A stretch of DNA of 64,000 nt, taken from Nageia nagi (Eukaryota; Plantae; Pinophyta). The stretch lies in NCBI GenBank assembly GCA_050084985.1, contig JBITNC010000002.1, forward strand, positions 18,600,001 to 18,664,000, given 5' to 3'. The position numbers and the translations under genes are program-made. Positions within the stretch are counted from its first letter, which is position 1. The number at the start of each line of letters is the position of its first letter. This document shows positions 12,016-27,200 of the stretch, in pieces. Below the pieces are notes generated by a model. The model was given only the letters and a program-made list of their open reading frames with translations. It was not told where the DNA came from and ran no database searches.

Positions 12016-15000
12016 TGTAGAGTCTTTCTCTCTTTGAGATGATATTTGAGCTAGAAAATATAGACTTAGGATTTTTTTTTATCTTGTACCACTTTTTCTA
12101 TGAGGGATCTTTATACATAAAATATCTTTCATCGATAGATGTTGATCCAAAATGGCTTTCAGAATCAAAAAAATAAAACTTCCCAAAGTTGTGATTTGTT
12201 CTCTTCATATCAAAGTACTCTTTGTTAGCTTCCCAATGCTTTCGATGATATCAAAATTTAAGGTTATATGGATGAAATATTAAATTGTGAAGTTTCAAAA
12301 AAATAATAGTTAAAGATTATTATTTTTAAAATCAAAATGACAAATAAAAAAAATATTTTCTATCCATATTCGAAATGGCACTCAATGATGGCCTATGAGG
12401 CATAAATGATAAATAATGGAATGTTAATATGGAAATCAACAAACTTGACATAGGACCAAAAGAGGTGCCATTGCATTAGGAAGATCGTGTGACATGGAGG
12501 GAAGATCGTACAACATAGAAGGTGGAACCATGCCAGGTCATAGACCCACATGCAAGGGGAATGAGCTAATGTGGATTTTGAAAACCCATCAATATGATGG
12601 ACCCTACATGTGTAAGAGAGGCACACCCTATCAACCACATGAGTGCTAGTGAGAATGAGTAAAGAAGGCCATCAAATGTGGGAAGAATATTCTATATTAG
12701 AGGAAGAAAATAATAATGATTCAGCCTATGTGGAGACCTCTAATGTAAAGAGGAAGGGCATTGTTACTCAAAGCCAACCCTCCTAACATAAAAAATTATA
12801 GGATACCAATCTACCAACAAAGATATCCTACATTGGGAACCTCGAACTATGATTGGACTCACAACATCACATAGATACCACCTAGTCATTGATTAGTCAC
12901 TTGAACATGGATATCCTAGAATGGAGGGGATACGATGGTGTTTCTACCTTATTCATAGCTTGCTAAGTGTCTAAAATGGAGTTGTATATTCATGGAAGTA
13001 AATAATGGATGGAGAAATTCATGGAGCCTATACACTACTTAAGGAAGTTTCCCATTAAATGGTATTCTATTTAGAAATTAATAGGGTTGAAATATTTATT
13101 CTATGGTGTAGAATGGTTTGGTAAATATGGTGTTAAATATAGTTTATAAAATAGTTTTTAATAGTAAATTAAATTTATTATTAAAATTAAATTATTAACC
13201 AAATCAAAATAGGTCCTAAAATTGATGAAAAATATGCTACAAGAAAAAAATGATGAATATTATTGTTGAGAGGATGAGAGAGAAAATATTGTTAAAAAAG
13301 AAAAATATTGTAATTTGGTATTATTTGTTGTAACCATGTATACTCCAAAAATAAACCCTTAAAATTACAAAAGGGTATTAGGAGTGTGAAAAATGGTTAA
13401 GTGCCATTTAGAGGGATTCCTCCCAAGGGGATAATGTATTATTGTGTGTGTAAAAAACTCCAAGTATGTGTTGGAGTGACACTATGTTTGTAAATGTATT
13501 TGAAAAGAAGAAGAAAAGCATGGAAAAGATCATTGCCATGGATAAAGAAGTGGATGACATAATTTCCATGATGAAAAGAAGGAGATAAAGAGTAGTTCCA
13601 AATATGTCATCCCCGGGATAGAGACATGGGGCCATGTTTATGGAATCTTATTGAGAAAATATCCATCTTGAAGAAAGGAGATTCAGTAGTGGCTTATAGT
13701 GATCATGTGATTCGACCTTGATAAGAAAAATAATAAAGTCTAAAGATGATACAAGTGACATTGTAAAGGGTACCTACAATAACGAATTGCATTTTCTATA
13801 TGTATACCATATCGATCAAATCAGGGTAAAAATGGTATCAATCTTTTTGTGTGATTGATTTTTATTTTTGCAAGCACTAAAACAAACAAAGTGTGAAGAT
13901 AAAAAAGTGAACTCTTGAGTAGGTTTTATGGATCAAGTTGGTATTAGAGAAGTTATTTTAGTAGGAACTAATGAAGCTTGTTTGAAAAAAAGAATGAGTG
14001 CTTTGTTTGTAAAGTTTAGTATTGTGCCTACTTCGAAGTCAAGAGAACCTAATGTTTTGGAAGGAGAAATTCAACTTGCAATTTAGAAGCATGTAAGGTT
14101 GAGGTAATCTTTCACTTTTGAAGTTAATAATCTCATTACCATTTGATGAAGTTGTTCCATCATAATAGTTGTCTCGACATGAATTCTGATGGACGGATAA
14201 GGGTAGCCCATCTTATTTGCAGTTATGATGACTAAGGAAATTATGTTGGAAGTAAAAATTCTTATGCTTTTGATTTGTTGAGAATGTCTCATACTGATGA
14301 GAAAATTTGAGAAGATGATTCCAAGAAGGGGTAAATTTGTATTTATGTGTGAGGATTATTCTTCATTATTTTGATCCCAAGGCTTTTATGGGACCAAAAG
14401 CCCATAAAATGGGATGAGTAATCTAAAATGGATTTTGTACTTGGAAAAATAAAAGTTTCCAAAGTTGTGATTTGTTCACTTCATATCAAAGTACTCTCTC
14501 CAGCTTCCCAATGCTTTGAATGGTATTAAAATTTGAGGTCATATGGATGAAACATTAAATTTTGAAGTTTAAAAAAAAAAATAATTAAATATTATTATTT
14601 TTAAAATTGAAATCAAAAATAAAAAAAATGTTTATCACCCATATTCTAAATGGGATGCAATGATTTCCTATGAGGAACAAATGATAAATGATGGCATGCT
14701 AATATGGCAATCAACAAACCTGACGTAGGAGAAAAAGAACCACCAATGCATTGGGAAGATCATGTGACATGGAGGGAAGACTATGCAATATAAAAGATGG
14801 AACCATGCCATGTCATGGACTCACATGCAAGAAAAATGAGCCAACATGGAGTTTGCAAACTTATCAATATGATGGAACCCACATGCATAAGAGAGGTACA
14901 CCTTGTTAGCCACCTGAGTGCTCATGAGAATGGGTAAATAAGGCTACCAAATATTGGAAGAAGCTACCAAATTAGAGGAAGTGACCAATAGTGATTCAAC

Positions 15001-16191
15001 CGATGTGAAGACTTCCCATGTATGAGGAAGAGTGCCATCACTCAAAACCAACCTGCTTGATATGAAAAAATTATCAACCACCAATCTTCCAATAGAGATC
15101 GCTTGCATTAGGAACCTCTAGCTATGAATGGAGTCACGATGTCATATAGATATTGCATATTTATTGATCGGACATGGATATTATAGAATGGAGGGTATAT
15201 AATGGTATTTCCATCTTGTTCACAACCTTCCAATTATCTAAAATGGAGGTTTATTCATGGAAGCGAATAATGGATGGGGAAAATCATGGAGCCTATATGC
15301 TACTTAGGGAAGCCGCTCATTAAAAGGTATTATGTTGGAAAATTAATAGGGTTAAAATATTTATTCTATGGTGTATAATGATTTGGTAAATATGGTGTGA
15401 AATATAGTTTATAAAATATTTTTTAATAGTAAATGAAATTTACTATTAAAAATAAATTATTAACCAAATCAAAATAGGTCCTAAAATTGAGAAAAAAGAT
15501 GCTACAGGAAAAAAAATGAGGGAGATTATAATTGAAAGGATGAGAGAGAAAATATTGTAAAAAAAGAAAATATTATAATTTAATATTATTTTTTGTAACC
15601 ACATATACTCCAAAAATAAACCCTTAAAATTATAAAAGGTATTAGGAGTGTGGAAAATGGTTAAGTCCCCTTTAGAAGGATTCCTCCCTAGGGGAGAATG
15701 TATTAGTATGTGTGTGAAAAACTCTAAGTGTGTGTGGAAGTCACATTATGTTCTTAAATGTATTTTAAAAGAATAAGACAAGCATAAACAAGATCATTTC
15801 CATGGAGAAAGAAGTGGATGATATAATTGCCATGATGTAAAGAAGGAGAGATTCCAAATATGTTATCGTAGGGATAGAGACATGGGATGATGCTTATGGA
15901 ATCTTGTTGATAAAAGAGTCATATTCAAGAAAAGGAATTTAGTAGCAACCTATAGTGATCATGTGATTTGACCTCTGTAAGAAAAAGAATGAAGTATAAA
16001 TATCATACAAGTGATATTGTAAAGGGTATCTACAATAATGGATTGCTATTGCTAGATGTAGATCACATTGATTGAATTGAGATGAAAACTATGCCAATAT
16101 TTTTGTGTGATTGATTTTTATTTCCACAAGCACTAAAATGAACAAAGTATGAAAATCCAAAAGTGAACTCTTGAGTAGGGTTTACATATCA
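12016..16191 (+). mobile_element. Non-autonomous LTR retrotransposon: two ~1.9-kb LTRs around a ~400-bp non-coding interior
   Basis: Direct repeats ~12145-13935 and ~14421-16191 both end GTGAACTCTTGAGTAGG...ATCA. A tRNA-iMet-type PBS TGGTATTAGAG lies at 13939-13949, and a PPT-like CCAAGAAGGGGTAAATT is followed by TGT at 14338. The first ~100 bp of the two LTRs do not align and I found no TSD. Confidence 0.8.
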
Positions 16192-19100
16192 AATACAAGC
16201 TTGTTTAGACATTGATAAGAAATTTCTCTATACTAATATCCTAATTCTTATACTTGTAGTCAAGTGAGATCAATATGGTGGTAAACTCAAATTTTTTTTT
16301 TTTCACTTACATGAATAGGCCATGCAACAAATTCTACTACATTATTATTCATTTTAAAAATACTATCCTTTAAATCTTCTTATATTCATATAGTCTCCTA
16401 AGCTTAAGGATTTGTTTATTTTTGGCCTTATCAATTTGTTCTTAGATGTTATTGATTTTAGCACCAATAGAGTAAATGTATTCCAATCCTTATAGGACCA
16501 AATGCTCCCATCACAAAAATTTAGAGGTATTCCAAGTAACTATGTTATACAAAGCACTTTATAGATACAAATTAATTATTGGTAAACTTTCATAATCCTT
16601 AAAGTATAAATAAATAAATTACATAACAATTTAAGAATAGTGCAAGATAAATCATGGCTAAGAGCTCAAGAAGCTTAAATTACATATCATAATCAATGGC
16701 ACAAGTATAAAATAGGGGCAATATCTACTATATTTGACCCTTTCTCTTTTAATGAAGGTATTACATATAGCTTTTATTTCAAGAGAATATTCTAACTAAC
16801 TTCTAAAAAACTAGTGACAAATGATAAAATATTTGAAACAAATAAGATATTTACAAAATATCAGATTTGATTCTCTGATAATAGCTCATCTTCAAACATA
16901 CAAAGATCTAAATCATTCTTTCATGTATATTAACACCCTCCAAATTGATCAAAACTTAAAATCTTAGATTTGAAAATTGCAACCATATTTCTAAAAAGGA
17001 AAAGTACTTTGTTGGGATTCCAATAGTATTTACATATATTTGAATTTATATGGACCCATCAAAACCAAATATAAAGGAATTAATAATGGTTTGATGAACT
17101 TATTTCAACATACTTTGAAATGGATTGGCTGGAATTCAAATCTTCAAAATAGAAACACTTCATATGGTTAAATTGACTATGATTCATCACATGATATAAG
17201 GTTAACTATCACCAAAAGGACTTATGCTAAATAAAATTGAAGATATTTAATTTCTTCCCTGTTATGACAAAATTCATTATGCTCTGCACTATAGGATCTT
17301 CACCAAAATTACATGTTATGAAAAATACTTAAAAATGTCTAATTATAACTTTTATTCCATTTTGTTGCTATTAAAAAAAAATCTATCTATTCCATTATTG
17401 CTAGATCTCATTAGAATTAAACACTAATAAATGTTCAAAATTGATTAAGTATCATCATTCTTTCAAGTAGTAAAGAATCAAAACAAATCATACCATAAAA
17501 AAATCTTCTTATTGATCTAAAATATGTACAAGTATACACCATCATAGCTAAAACAAATAAATAAGACTCTTGATGAAGTGGAGCAAATATTGAATAAGTA
17601 TATTGGAATCACCATGAATGAATTGTTAATTAGATTGTAACAAGTTAGGAAAATTTCTTATAAATTTTATTTAATCCTATTGTATATATCTAAAAATGAT
17701 TTATTATTTATTTAATAAATCATATTTAGACTTCCTAAATTACTTAATGCAATATTAAATTGTCAAGATCAAGTTGATATTACAATGCAATGTCATGCAT
17801 TATATTAAATGTTATATCATTTATCATGGTCCATATTTTAAAATATCTTGAACACAACAAAGTTTATATTAGTTTTGATGTAAATGAAGAGAGATATCAT
17901 TCTTGAATAATTTAGAAACTATTTCCTAAAATTATTATATTATTAATAATATAGATTATAAACTATTTTGCTATTGATAAGATAATAATTTAGAAACTAA
18001 TGTTTATAGCAAATGTATATAATTTTTTTAAAAAATGAATGTATAAATTTTAAAAAATGAATATATAAATTTTAAAAAACCAATGCATTTAAATATATTT
18101 ATGTATAAATTATTTAATATTTATACATGAAAATTATATACATTATATTATGTTCACATATTATTAACTTTATATTTAAAATAATTAATAGAGTTGACTT
18201 TGATGACAAACATACATATGGAACTATATTTGGCTTCACACCCCACCCCCTTGGCTACCATTGTAGAAATACCTCTCGATGTAATTATTGCTAAAGGTTA
18301 GCCTTCACTCCTTTTTATGTCCTTACAGGCTATATATACGAGTGGAATAGGTTGACCTCTACATATTGCACTCTTTGATATGACAAGATCTTTGATAGGT
18401 GGTTGTCTTCTGCTATCTTCATCAAGCAATAATGTATCTTGATGCCTCCTATTATGAGAAATTGTTATAATCTAAGCTATAAGACTTTCCATGTTTTGTG
18501 CATGGCATAATTCGACATATCCTACATAGTTAACAATGTGCTTCTCTTAGGCCATCAACAATGTTCTTCTCTTAGACTATCAACAACATGCATATTCTAG
18601 ATCAAGGGTTTTAGATTTTGGTGGAAAATACTATTAATTCATACATGTGAAGATCAATCATGAGCTTGCCCCTAATTTGATCCCAATCCTCTAAAGTTTC
18701 TTTGCTATCTACTTTTGAGGATTGTACATACACTTCATATCGGATGTATGCTTTTCATGTATATTTGTTGTATCTGATATAATGTGCATTTTTGGCTCTT
18801 TTTATATTGTAGATCATTTTATTTATTATGTATATTTAAAGTCTACATTTTAGTCAACCCAATGTATCTTATAAACCCTAGAATTTTTATTTTAGGGCAT
18901 CACTTTTTCTAAAGAATCTGGTATTAGAAACCCTTGGTTTTGTTTTCTTTTTTGGCTAAGTTAATTTTCTTCAAATTTAGAAAATTTTATTGATTTGAAA
19001 AATAACACTATAGAAAAACTAGTTTTGAAGGTCATTTTATTCAATTTGTGGGATCTAGCATTAGAAATATTTATCCAAACCATAGATAAATATAATCAAA

Positions 19101-20727
19101 ATTTATTTCTAATTTTCCTAGTTCTAGATTTGCATATTTTGGTTGATTTTGAGAATATTTTTGTAGAAAAAGGCACATTAAAAAATCAAAAATTTTGAAA
19201 ATATTTTACAACTATTTGGTGATTTATTTCATGATAAAAACTTAATGAAATCGTAGGTCATCATAGGAGGTAAAATTTTGAGATTAATTTAGGTTTATCG
19301 CATGCATTTTTATCAATATTTATAGATATTTTTAAATAAAAATATTTTTGCATAAAAAACTGAATTTTAAAGGTTAGTTTCTTGAATTTTAAAATTTCTA
19401 GCCTCATAAAACTTGTTCCACATCATAGATATATATGCTAGCAAGTTGTTTTTAATCTTGCATGGTGTAAAAGTGCTCATTTTGTCATAGTTCTTAAAGT
19501 TTTGTGAAAAGCTCTAGATATTTCATTTTATCATGGATATTACATCTAAAAGTGGTTTTCTTGAATATTTGAATATGATAAGTGATTTATTTGCACCTTA
19601 TCGAACACAATAAATATCTAAGGATATGGATGTTGGGAAAAATAACAATAGAAAATCTTTTGATGAAATGAGTTTATCAAATTCATGCTTAACTATTGTA
19701 AATGATGATGATGTGCAAAATGATATGATAATCATAGAAAATCAAGTGCATGATAATGATAGTGATGATGATTATATTGCTAAATGTGACTATGATGCAT
19801 ACTTAAACCTCAAAGCTATGGATAAATATGAAATGTATGATATTGCATTTGAAAATTTGACACCTCAATATCAACTCAAGAAAATTAAAAAGCATATGTT
19901 GATGTTAAGCATTTATATTGATCTTGATTTAAAAGAAAAATATCATGCATTTATAAGGAAAGAATTGGATACATTATTAGAAGATCCATATGCAAAGAAA
20001 TATTATATACAAAAATTTGAGAAAGAGAAAATACAAAAGTAATAACATAGTCAAAAACCTCAACCTAAACCTCAAATTCAAATTCCACCTCAATAATCAA
20101 AACTAAAATAATGCTAGAAAAATAATATCTCAGGAAACTTCAAAAACACATGATGCCCATATTGTAGAAAAATCTAAACAAGGTGCCCATTTCGTAAAAA
20201 ATTGTTCCACCGCTAAATGTAGAAAATGAAGAATATGATAAGTAAAGTACAAGGACAAATTCAATTTAGTTAGATCTAGTTGAAATTTGGTTACAAAAAT
20301 ATAGAATGCAAAAAGATTGGCCTCTTGAAAAATATCAATTGACAATTGAACTCCTTAATAAGTTTTTATGAATGGGATCAATCAACATATTTCTTCCATT
20401 AATGCAAATTGAAAGTATTAATATTGTTGAGAGATTAGAAGCTCAAGGTTTGGAAAATGGAATTAATAATTTAAGCAAAGGAATTTCAATTCTCATAGCA
20501 AAATATGGTAATATGATGGGGGTTCCACCACCCTCTAGTGTACTACAGTTTCTAATTTTGAATATTATATAGGATGAATTTCATATAGCTTGCATATCAT
20601 GAGTCGATCCATCGCATGCATTTGGTTACTATGGAAAATTTTAAATATCAAATATCTCATGTAAAAGGTAGTATTATGTCTAGTCATTGCATACCATATT
20701 AGTTGTATTTCATAAATAAATAAATAA

Positions 20728-20730
<3 letters not shown>

Positions 20731-20773
<43 letters not shown>
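20731..20773. repeat. (AT)n microsatellite preceded by (TAAA)n
   Basis: Direct observation. Confidence 0.9.
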
Positions 20774-20776
<3 letters not shown>

Positions 20777-20846
20777 TTGCATGTTTTACTAGTGAAATAT
20801 GAAAGGCCATAGTATTTCTAAAAATTTGGTATAATATAGCAGTATG

Positions 20847-21060
20847 GCATTGCATAGACACATGTAAATGGAATATTGAATACTTGAATGGTTATTTTTC
20901 AATACCAATTGAATGAACTCTTTCTCCTAAAATGCAATTCTATCATTCTCAAGCATTGTATAGACACATGTAAATGGAATATTAAATACTTGAATGGTTA
21001 TTTCTCAATGCCAATTGAATGAACTCTTTCTCTTGAAATACAATTCTATCATTCTCATGC
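20847..21060. repeat. 106-bp tandem duplication
   Basis: GCATTG.ATAGACACATGTAAATGGAATATT at 20847 and 20953. Confidence 0.88.
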
Positions 21061-24000
21061 TATAAATGACATGATTAAAGTGAAATTATGGATGCTTTCA
21101 AATATCAACAATGCTATCATTCTTTTAAAAGTTCAAAATGGTTAAGGATATCATGATATGGCTTATGCATAGAGAAAAAGTATATAAGGTTAAAAAATTG
21201 ACAAAGTTGTTGCTTATAAGAAAAATATTATGCTATATGGAGATATGATTTCATGATATTTGTGATGCAAAATGTTATTACTTTCTTTGAATTGAATATC
21301 ATTAAAATTTACAGATCTACTATGACTATTTCAACACTGCTAATGATGTGTGTTCATTATGAATTCATTGTAAATGGTGCATGCTACAAAAATATTTGAA
21401 TATCTATTTGAAAATTTCATTGTTTCACAAATATGCATTAATATGGAAATGATAAATAAAATTGTAAGAAATTTAATTGCTAAATTCTATGAAATTCATG
21501 TTGTCAATGATGTAGGCTTACTTTGAAAATCAATAAAATCAAGCAATTCAATAATATAAAATGTACAATATTGATAAGAAAGGACACTAAATACTTGAAT
21601 ATTTGGTATTTTTATAGGAATCAAAGGTTATTATTCAATATTATGCTAAAAAAAATTTTCAAGGCCATGGTCACTCCATGAGAAAAATATCTTATAAATT
21701 ATAAGTTATATTCTAAGCTTGAGTCATTAAAATGGATCTCATCAGCTTGATAATCATGATTATTCCAAGTTAGGTATATTAAAGAGGACCTCATTAGCTT
21801 GATCTTCATAGACCATGAGTTGTAATCACAATAGCATATATGTCATGGTTAAATAGAACTATGAGTTGCATCAGCTATAGTGACATAATGAATATCATAT
21901 TTATTTCATCCTTGTTATTTCAAGTGATTATTCTTTAATGGGATGTGATTTATGTGGGTATTATGTTGGCCTATTCTTAAAAAGGTATTTTTTGAGAGAG
22001 TAAGATTCACATAGAGATGCTCTCCTCATATATGGACTTCATTTTTTGGCTTGATTCCTTGAAGCAGCATGAGTAAGGGGCAATGAAATAATAAAAAGGA
22101 ACAAATAACATATCATACTCAACATATTGATAAAAAAAAGGGAAGTCCACTTTACTATTGAAAAGATTCTTCTCTTCTCAAGTCTTCTTTGGATTATGCA
22201 ATTTCAATGCTTTTAATTTCATATCCAAAGAGGGGCAAAATGTAGATGCCTAAAAATGATTTATTATTTATTTAATAAGTCATATTTAGGATTCCTAAAT
22301 GACTTAATACAATATTACATATATCAAGATAAATTTGATATTACAATGTAATGCTATGTGTTATATTAAATGCTATATCATTTATCATGGTCCATATTTT
22401 AAAATATATTGAATACAATAAAGTTTATATTATTCCTAGAGGTTGGAATTCACTTATTTTTACATAATTGTAGGCTATATATGCGAGTGTAATAGGTTGA
22501 ACTCCATAGATTGAACTCTTTGATATTATAAGATCTCTGATAGGTGGTTATCTTCCACTATCTTCATTAAGCAACAATGTCTCTTGATGCCACCTGTTAT
22601 GAGAAGTTGTTATACTCTGAGATCTAATATTTTCTATCTTTTGCATACAACATAATTCAAAATATCATATGCAGTTAATGATGTGCTTCTCTTAGGCCAT
22701 CAATAGCATGCTTCTCTTAGGCTTCCAATAATGTATGTCTTTTAGATTGAGGGTTTTAAATTTCAATGGAAAAGGCTATTGATTCATACATGCAAAGATT
22801 GATCATGAGCTTGAATCCAATCTGATCCCAATCCTCCAAATATTCATTGCTATGTGCTTTTGAAGATTATACACACACTTCATATTAGGTGCATGTTTTT
22901 CATGTATATTTGTTGTATCTAATATAGTGTACATATCTGGCTCTTCTTATATTATAGATCATTTTATTTATTATATATATTTGTATTTTACACAATTTAG
23001 AGTCTAAACCTAGGATCAAATATTACAAACAAGGAATCATACTACATGGATCTAAGATTGAACTCTAAATCGAATTGATAGGTGCAAGAGTTATTCATGA
23101 AATGGCTAATTCAGGATAGTTTAGTCCATTTCTAATACCAATTTTATAGATTCTAAAGAAATATGGAAACTAGAGAATGTGTATCAATTCAAAATCTATT
23201 AATAAGATAATAATTAGGTATCATTTCCCTATTCTTCATATGGATGATTTGCTTGATTACTTATATGAAGGTCAATCTTTCTTGAAGGTAAATCTTAAGA
23301 GTTGATAGTATCAAATTAGGATTAGAGAGGGAGATGAATGAAAAAGAAATTTTAGAATAAAGGATAGGTTATATGAGTGGCTTGTCATGCCATTTACACT
23401 AATGAATACTTGTAACCCCTTTATGATATTGATGAATAAAGTGTTGATGGTTTGTTAGGAAACTTTATTATGGTCTATTCAAATGATATTATATTTTATA
23501 GAAATGGGAGAGAGGAATGCTTAAGAAATCTAAAATAAGATTTATAAATATTTAATGAAGAAAATTTATTAGTAAATTTGAAGAAACGTTCTTTTATGAA
23601 GTAAGAGATGATCTACTATATTTTATGATAAACAAACATGGATTGAATATGGATCTAACAAAGATTATTGGAATCAAAGAATACTAAACACATATGAATA
23701 TAATAGAAGAAGGAATATTTTATGGTCTTACTAATTTTTATTATAAATTCATTATCAATTTCAATCAAATACATGCACTTTTGATTTCTTACATCAAGAA
23801 AGATGTATTCAAGTTAACAATCAAGGCTAAATGAAAATTTAAACTATTGAAAAAATATGCCATAACAAAAATACTCATATTACCATATGTTGATAACATT
23901 TTCCAAGTGGAATATGATGTTGGTAGTAAAACCATAAGCATTGTGTTTAGTGAAGAGTGAAAAATATAACATATTTTAAGTATGAAATTGACTGAGTCTA

Positions 24001-24294
24001 AGAAGAAATATTCACTATATGTTAAAGAATTATACACCATTATGCAAACACTAAAATAGCACTAACACTATCAATTACCTAAGGAATTTATGTTATACAT
24101 TGATGATTAGGACCTAAAATATATTAATGGTAATAACAAATTGAGTGTAAGGTAAATTAAATGTGTTATATATATGCAAAATACATATTTATGTTTAATC
24201 ATTAAATGTAAATATTCAATAATATGGTATATATATTATGAAGAATATTTTTACTATTGGAGATGGTGAGTCTTCATCATTCTCCATAATAATA

Positions 24295-27200
24295 ATAAGA
24301 TTATTCAGCATTCTTTAAAAGAGTGTAAAGATTGCTAGATGTTCTTATGCCACAAGAAACTATCTTTCCACTATTTGTTCTTCTAATTTCACAGCCACTA
24401 TTTTTGAAAATTATAGCATTTACTTTATCACATATTTGGCTAACACTTAGCAGATTATGTTTTAAGCCAACAACAAAGAGCACCTCTTCATAATTGACTT
24501 GGCTATCTCTCAATCTTGTTTTTCCTTTTCCAACTATCTTGGCTTCATCATTATTTCCAAACTTGATTGAACCACCATCATACAACTACAAGTACTCAAG
24601 GCTTTGTTTATCATTGATCATGTGTTTGGAACAACCACTATCAAGAATTCATGGCTTAGTATTGCTTTAAGCTTTTAGGGTAGTTTGGATAATGAGAGAT
24701 TGATTGACAATGATGTTATTATCTTTCCAAACTTGCATGAGTTTGGTTCTAGCTTCAACATTGTTATTATTTAGGGAGGCATCATCTTCAACTATATGAA
24801 TTTTGTGCCTTCTAGACTAGTTGCCATAGTGTTGGGCTAGTTGGTGAGATTTTGTAGATGTACTTCTATAGAACTTTGCTATGTGACCAATAATATGACA
24901 CTTGTAGCACTCCACCATATTGTCCATTAAAGGGGTAAATGCATTCTGATGTATGAATTTGGTTGGCTTGATATTCAATCTATAATCAACAATTTTATGG
25001 TTGAAATGATTTCACTTGTATCAGTATCCAAAGAAAGTATCTCTGAAGCTTGGATAAATATTATTCATTACTCTTATATGATTTTGAGAACCATAAGCTC
25101 CTCTTGGCCTTCTCCTCATTTGACTAGATCTTGTATATCCAGCATGATCAAGTCTTTTCTTATTAATGGGTTGGCTAATAATCATGCTTTGTATGGTATG
25201 TATTATGATTAGTTATAGGTTCTTCTTCATTTTAAAACTTTGAAGAGTTTCTAGGTTCAAATCCTAGACCAAATTTGATCATTAGGTATCTTTGTGCATT
25301 CAAGATATCACATAGTTGATTTGAGCTCTTGCAAAACTTATGGCTTTCTTTAACTTGAGTGGATGCTTTATCAATTTTAACTCTCAAATTGACTATTTCT
25401 TCTTCAAGTTTGTGACATGCATCAATTCTATCTATCAGTTGCAATTGCAATGATTCTTCAATCACCTTAGCTTTAACAAGTTGAATGCTTAGATATTTAA
25501 TTCTACCAATAGAGTCTTCTAGGTTCTTAGAAAGATTTTTGTTCTTGATGATTTTAAGGTCCAATTCCTCTAGGTTAGTTATGAGTTCTCCTTCTAAGTC
25601 AACTTTATCCTCTTAACCCTCATCTTTAGAGTATACAATAATTTTGACATCCTTTTTTTCTTCCTCTTGAGCCATTAATAGGAATTCATTATTATCATCC
25701 TTTATACTGCTACTATCAATGGATTTTTCTTCCTTTTCTTGTGACATGAAGCTCTTCTTGCTATATTTTTCTCTCTTGAAGTGCTTAGTATTACCTGTGT
25801 ACTGATCATTACCATACTTGGCAACATTGTTAACATTATTATTGCTTTCTTTGTATAGGCATTTGAAAGTAAAATGACTAACTTCACCATAATTGAAACA
25901 CTTGAAAGGAAACTTACCTTATTATCTTTTGATATTTTGAACAAATTTTGATTCCTTCATGTCTGATCTTTCATCTTCATTTACATTTGTCTTTGACTTG
26001 GGAATTTTGGTTGCTTTGAAGATAACTTCTTTTTCATCGGCATTGGCCTTTCCAATCCTCATCTAATAGGTAGTCAGAGAGTCATGCATTTTATATAAGG
26101 TAAAGGAATTTAGATCCTTTTATTCTTCAATAGCTAAGACTTTGGCATCAAATCTAGATGTAAGGGATCTTAGGATATTTTTGATGATGACCTTGTCTTC
26201 AATTTTTTATCCAGACCTTTTATGAAATTGATAACCTCATTCATGTTAAGCATGTAGGTTGTAATATCTTCTACATCATTCATATTTATTCCTTCAAATT
26301 GAGTTCTAAAAGCTTTCAAATTAGCTTCCTTTATCTTTTCATCACATTCATGAATACTCTTTAGTTTATACCACATCTCTTTAGAAGATTTGCATCCCAT
26401 GATTTTAACTAGCTCACTATCAACCAAACCACACAATAATAGCATTTTTAGCCTTCAAATCACTTTCACACAACTTCTTTTCAGCTGGATGTATTATAGG
26501 TGTGGATCATGCTATGTATCCATTTACAATATCTTCCCAAATATCATAACTTAAGGTACTAAGATAAGTTTACATATGGATTCTCTATAAGGAATAGTTT
26601 ATTCCTTCAAAAAGTGGTGCTCTATTCAAATAGAAGCCTTCTCCATTAGATATTGTATCAGTTATTGAATCTCCTCAATCGGTTAGACTTTAAATAAGGA
26701 ACTTGGCTCTTATACTAATTCTTGGACTAGAAATAACACTAAGAGTGGAGCTAAACTTGTGTGTACTTAACAAATGCAAAACTGAAAGAAATTCAAACAC
26801 ACAAGAATAACACATAACAAAGAATTTAGCAAGGTTCAGCATCTCAACTACATCCCTAAGAAAATACTGTTTGGATCATGGTGTAAATCCAACTCTGTAG
26901 TAAAGCACCCACTTTACAAAATTTTACCAACACCCATTAGATGGAGCACCAACTCCAAATTTTGTAGCATCCATTACAAGGAGCACCAACCCCTTTGGCC
27001 AAGCACCAACTTGGTAGATTACAAGAATATGATTTTGGCAAACTTACCAATTCTATCTTAGAAGATCCTTAATGATCTAGCTTAGCAAACTAAACACAAC
27101 TGACTATCAGAATAGGTTATCATGATCTCCATATCCATCATGTTCCCCTCACTACCAATCTAATGTATTTATCTCAATGGTAACATTCACATGAAATACT

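Larger units (their letters stand above)
17681..23008 (+). mobile_element. Tat/Ogre-like non-autonomous LTR retrotransposon with both LTRs and TSD
   Basis: 5' LTR 17681-18847 (TGTATAT...GTCTACA) and 3' LTR 22241-23008 (TGTAGAT...GTCTAAA, lacking ~415 bp present in the 5' LTR). PPT CCAAAGAGGGGCAAAA precedes 22241. The flanks CCTAT/CCTAG form a 5-bp TSD with one mismatch. No recognisable pol in the 3.4-kb interior. Confidence 0.85.
17570..24262 (+). mobile_element. Decayed CRM-type Gypsy pol (RT-RNase H), split by the nested element at 17681-23008
   Basis: Upstream part EVEQILNKY...ISYKFYLIL joins downstream GSNITNK...VQELF...RMCINSKSINKIIIRYHFPILHMDDLLDYL...QIRIREGDE*K...LYEWLVMPF, followed by RNase H (FQVEYDVG...KKYSLYVKELYTIMQTLK...LPKEFMLY). 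Confidence 0.85.
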
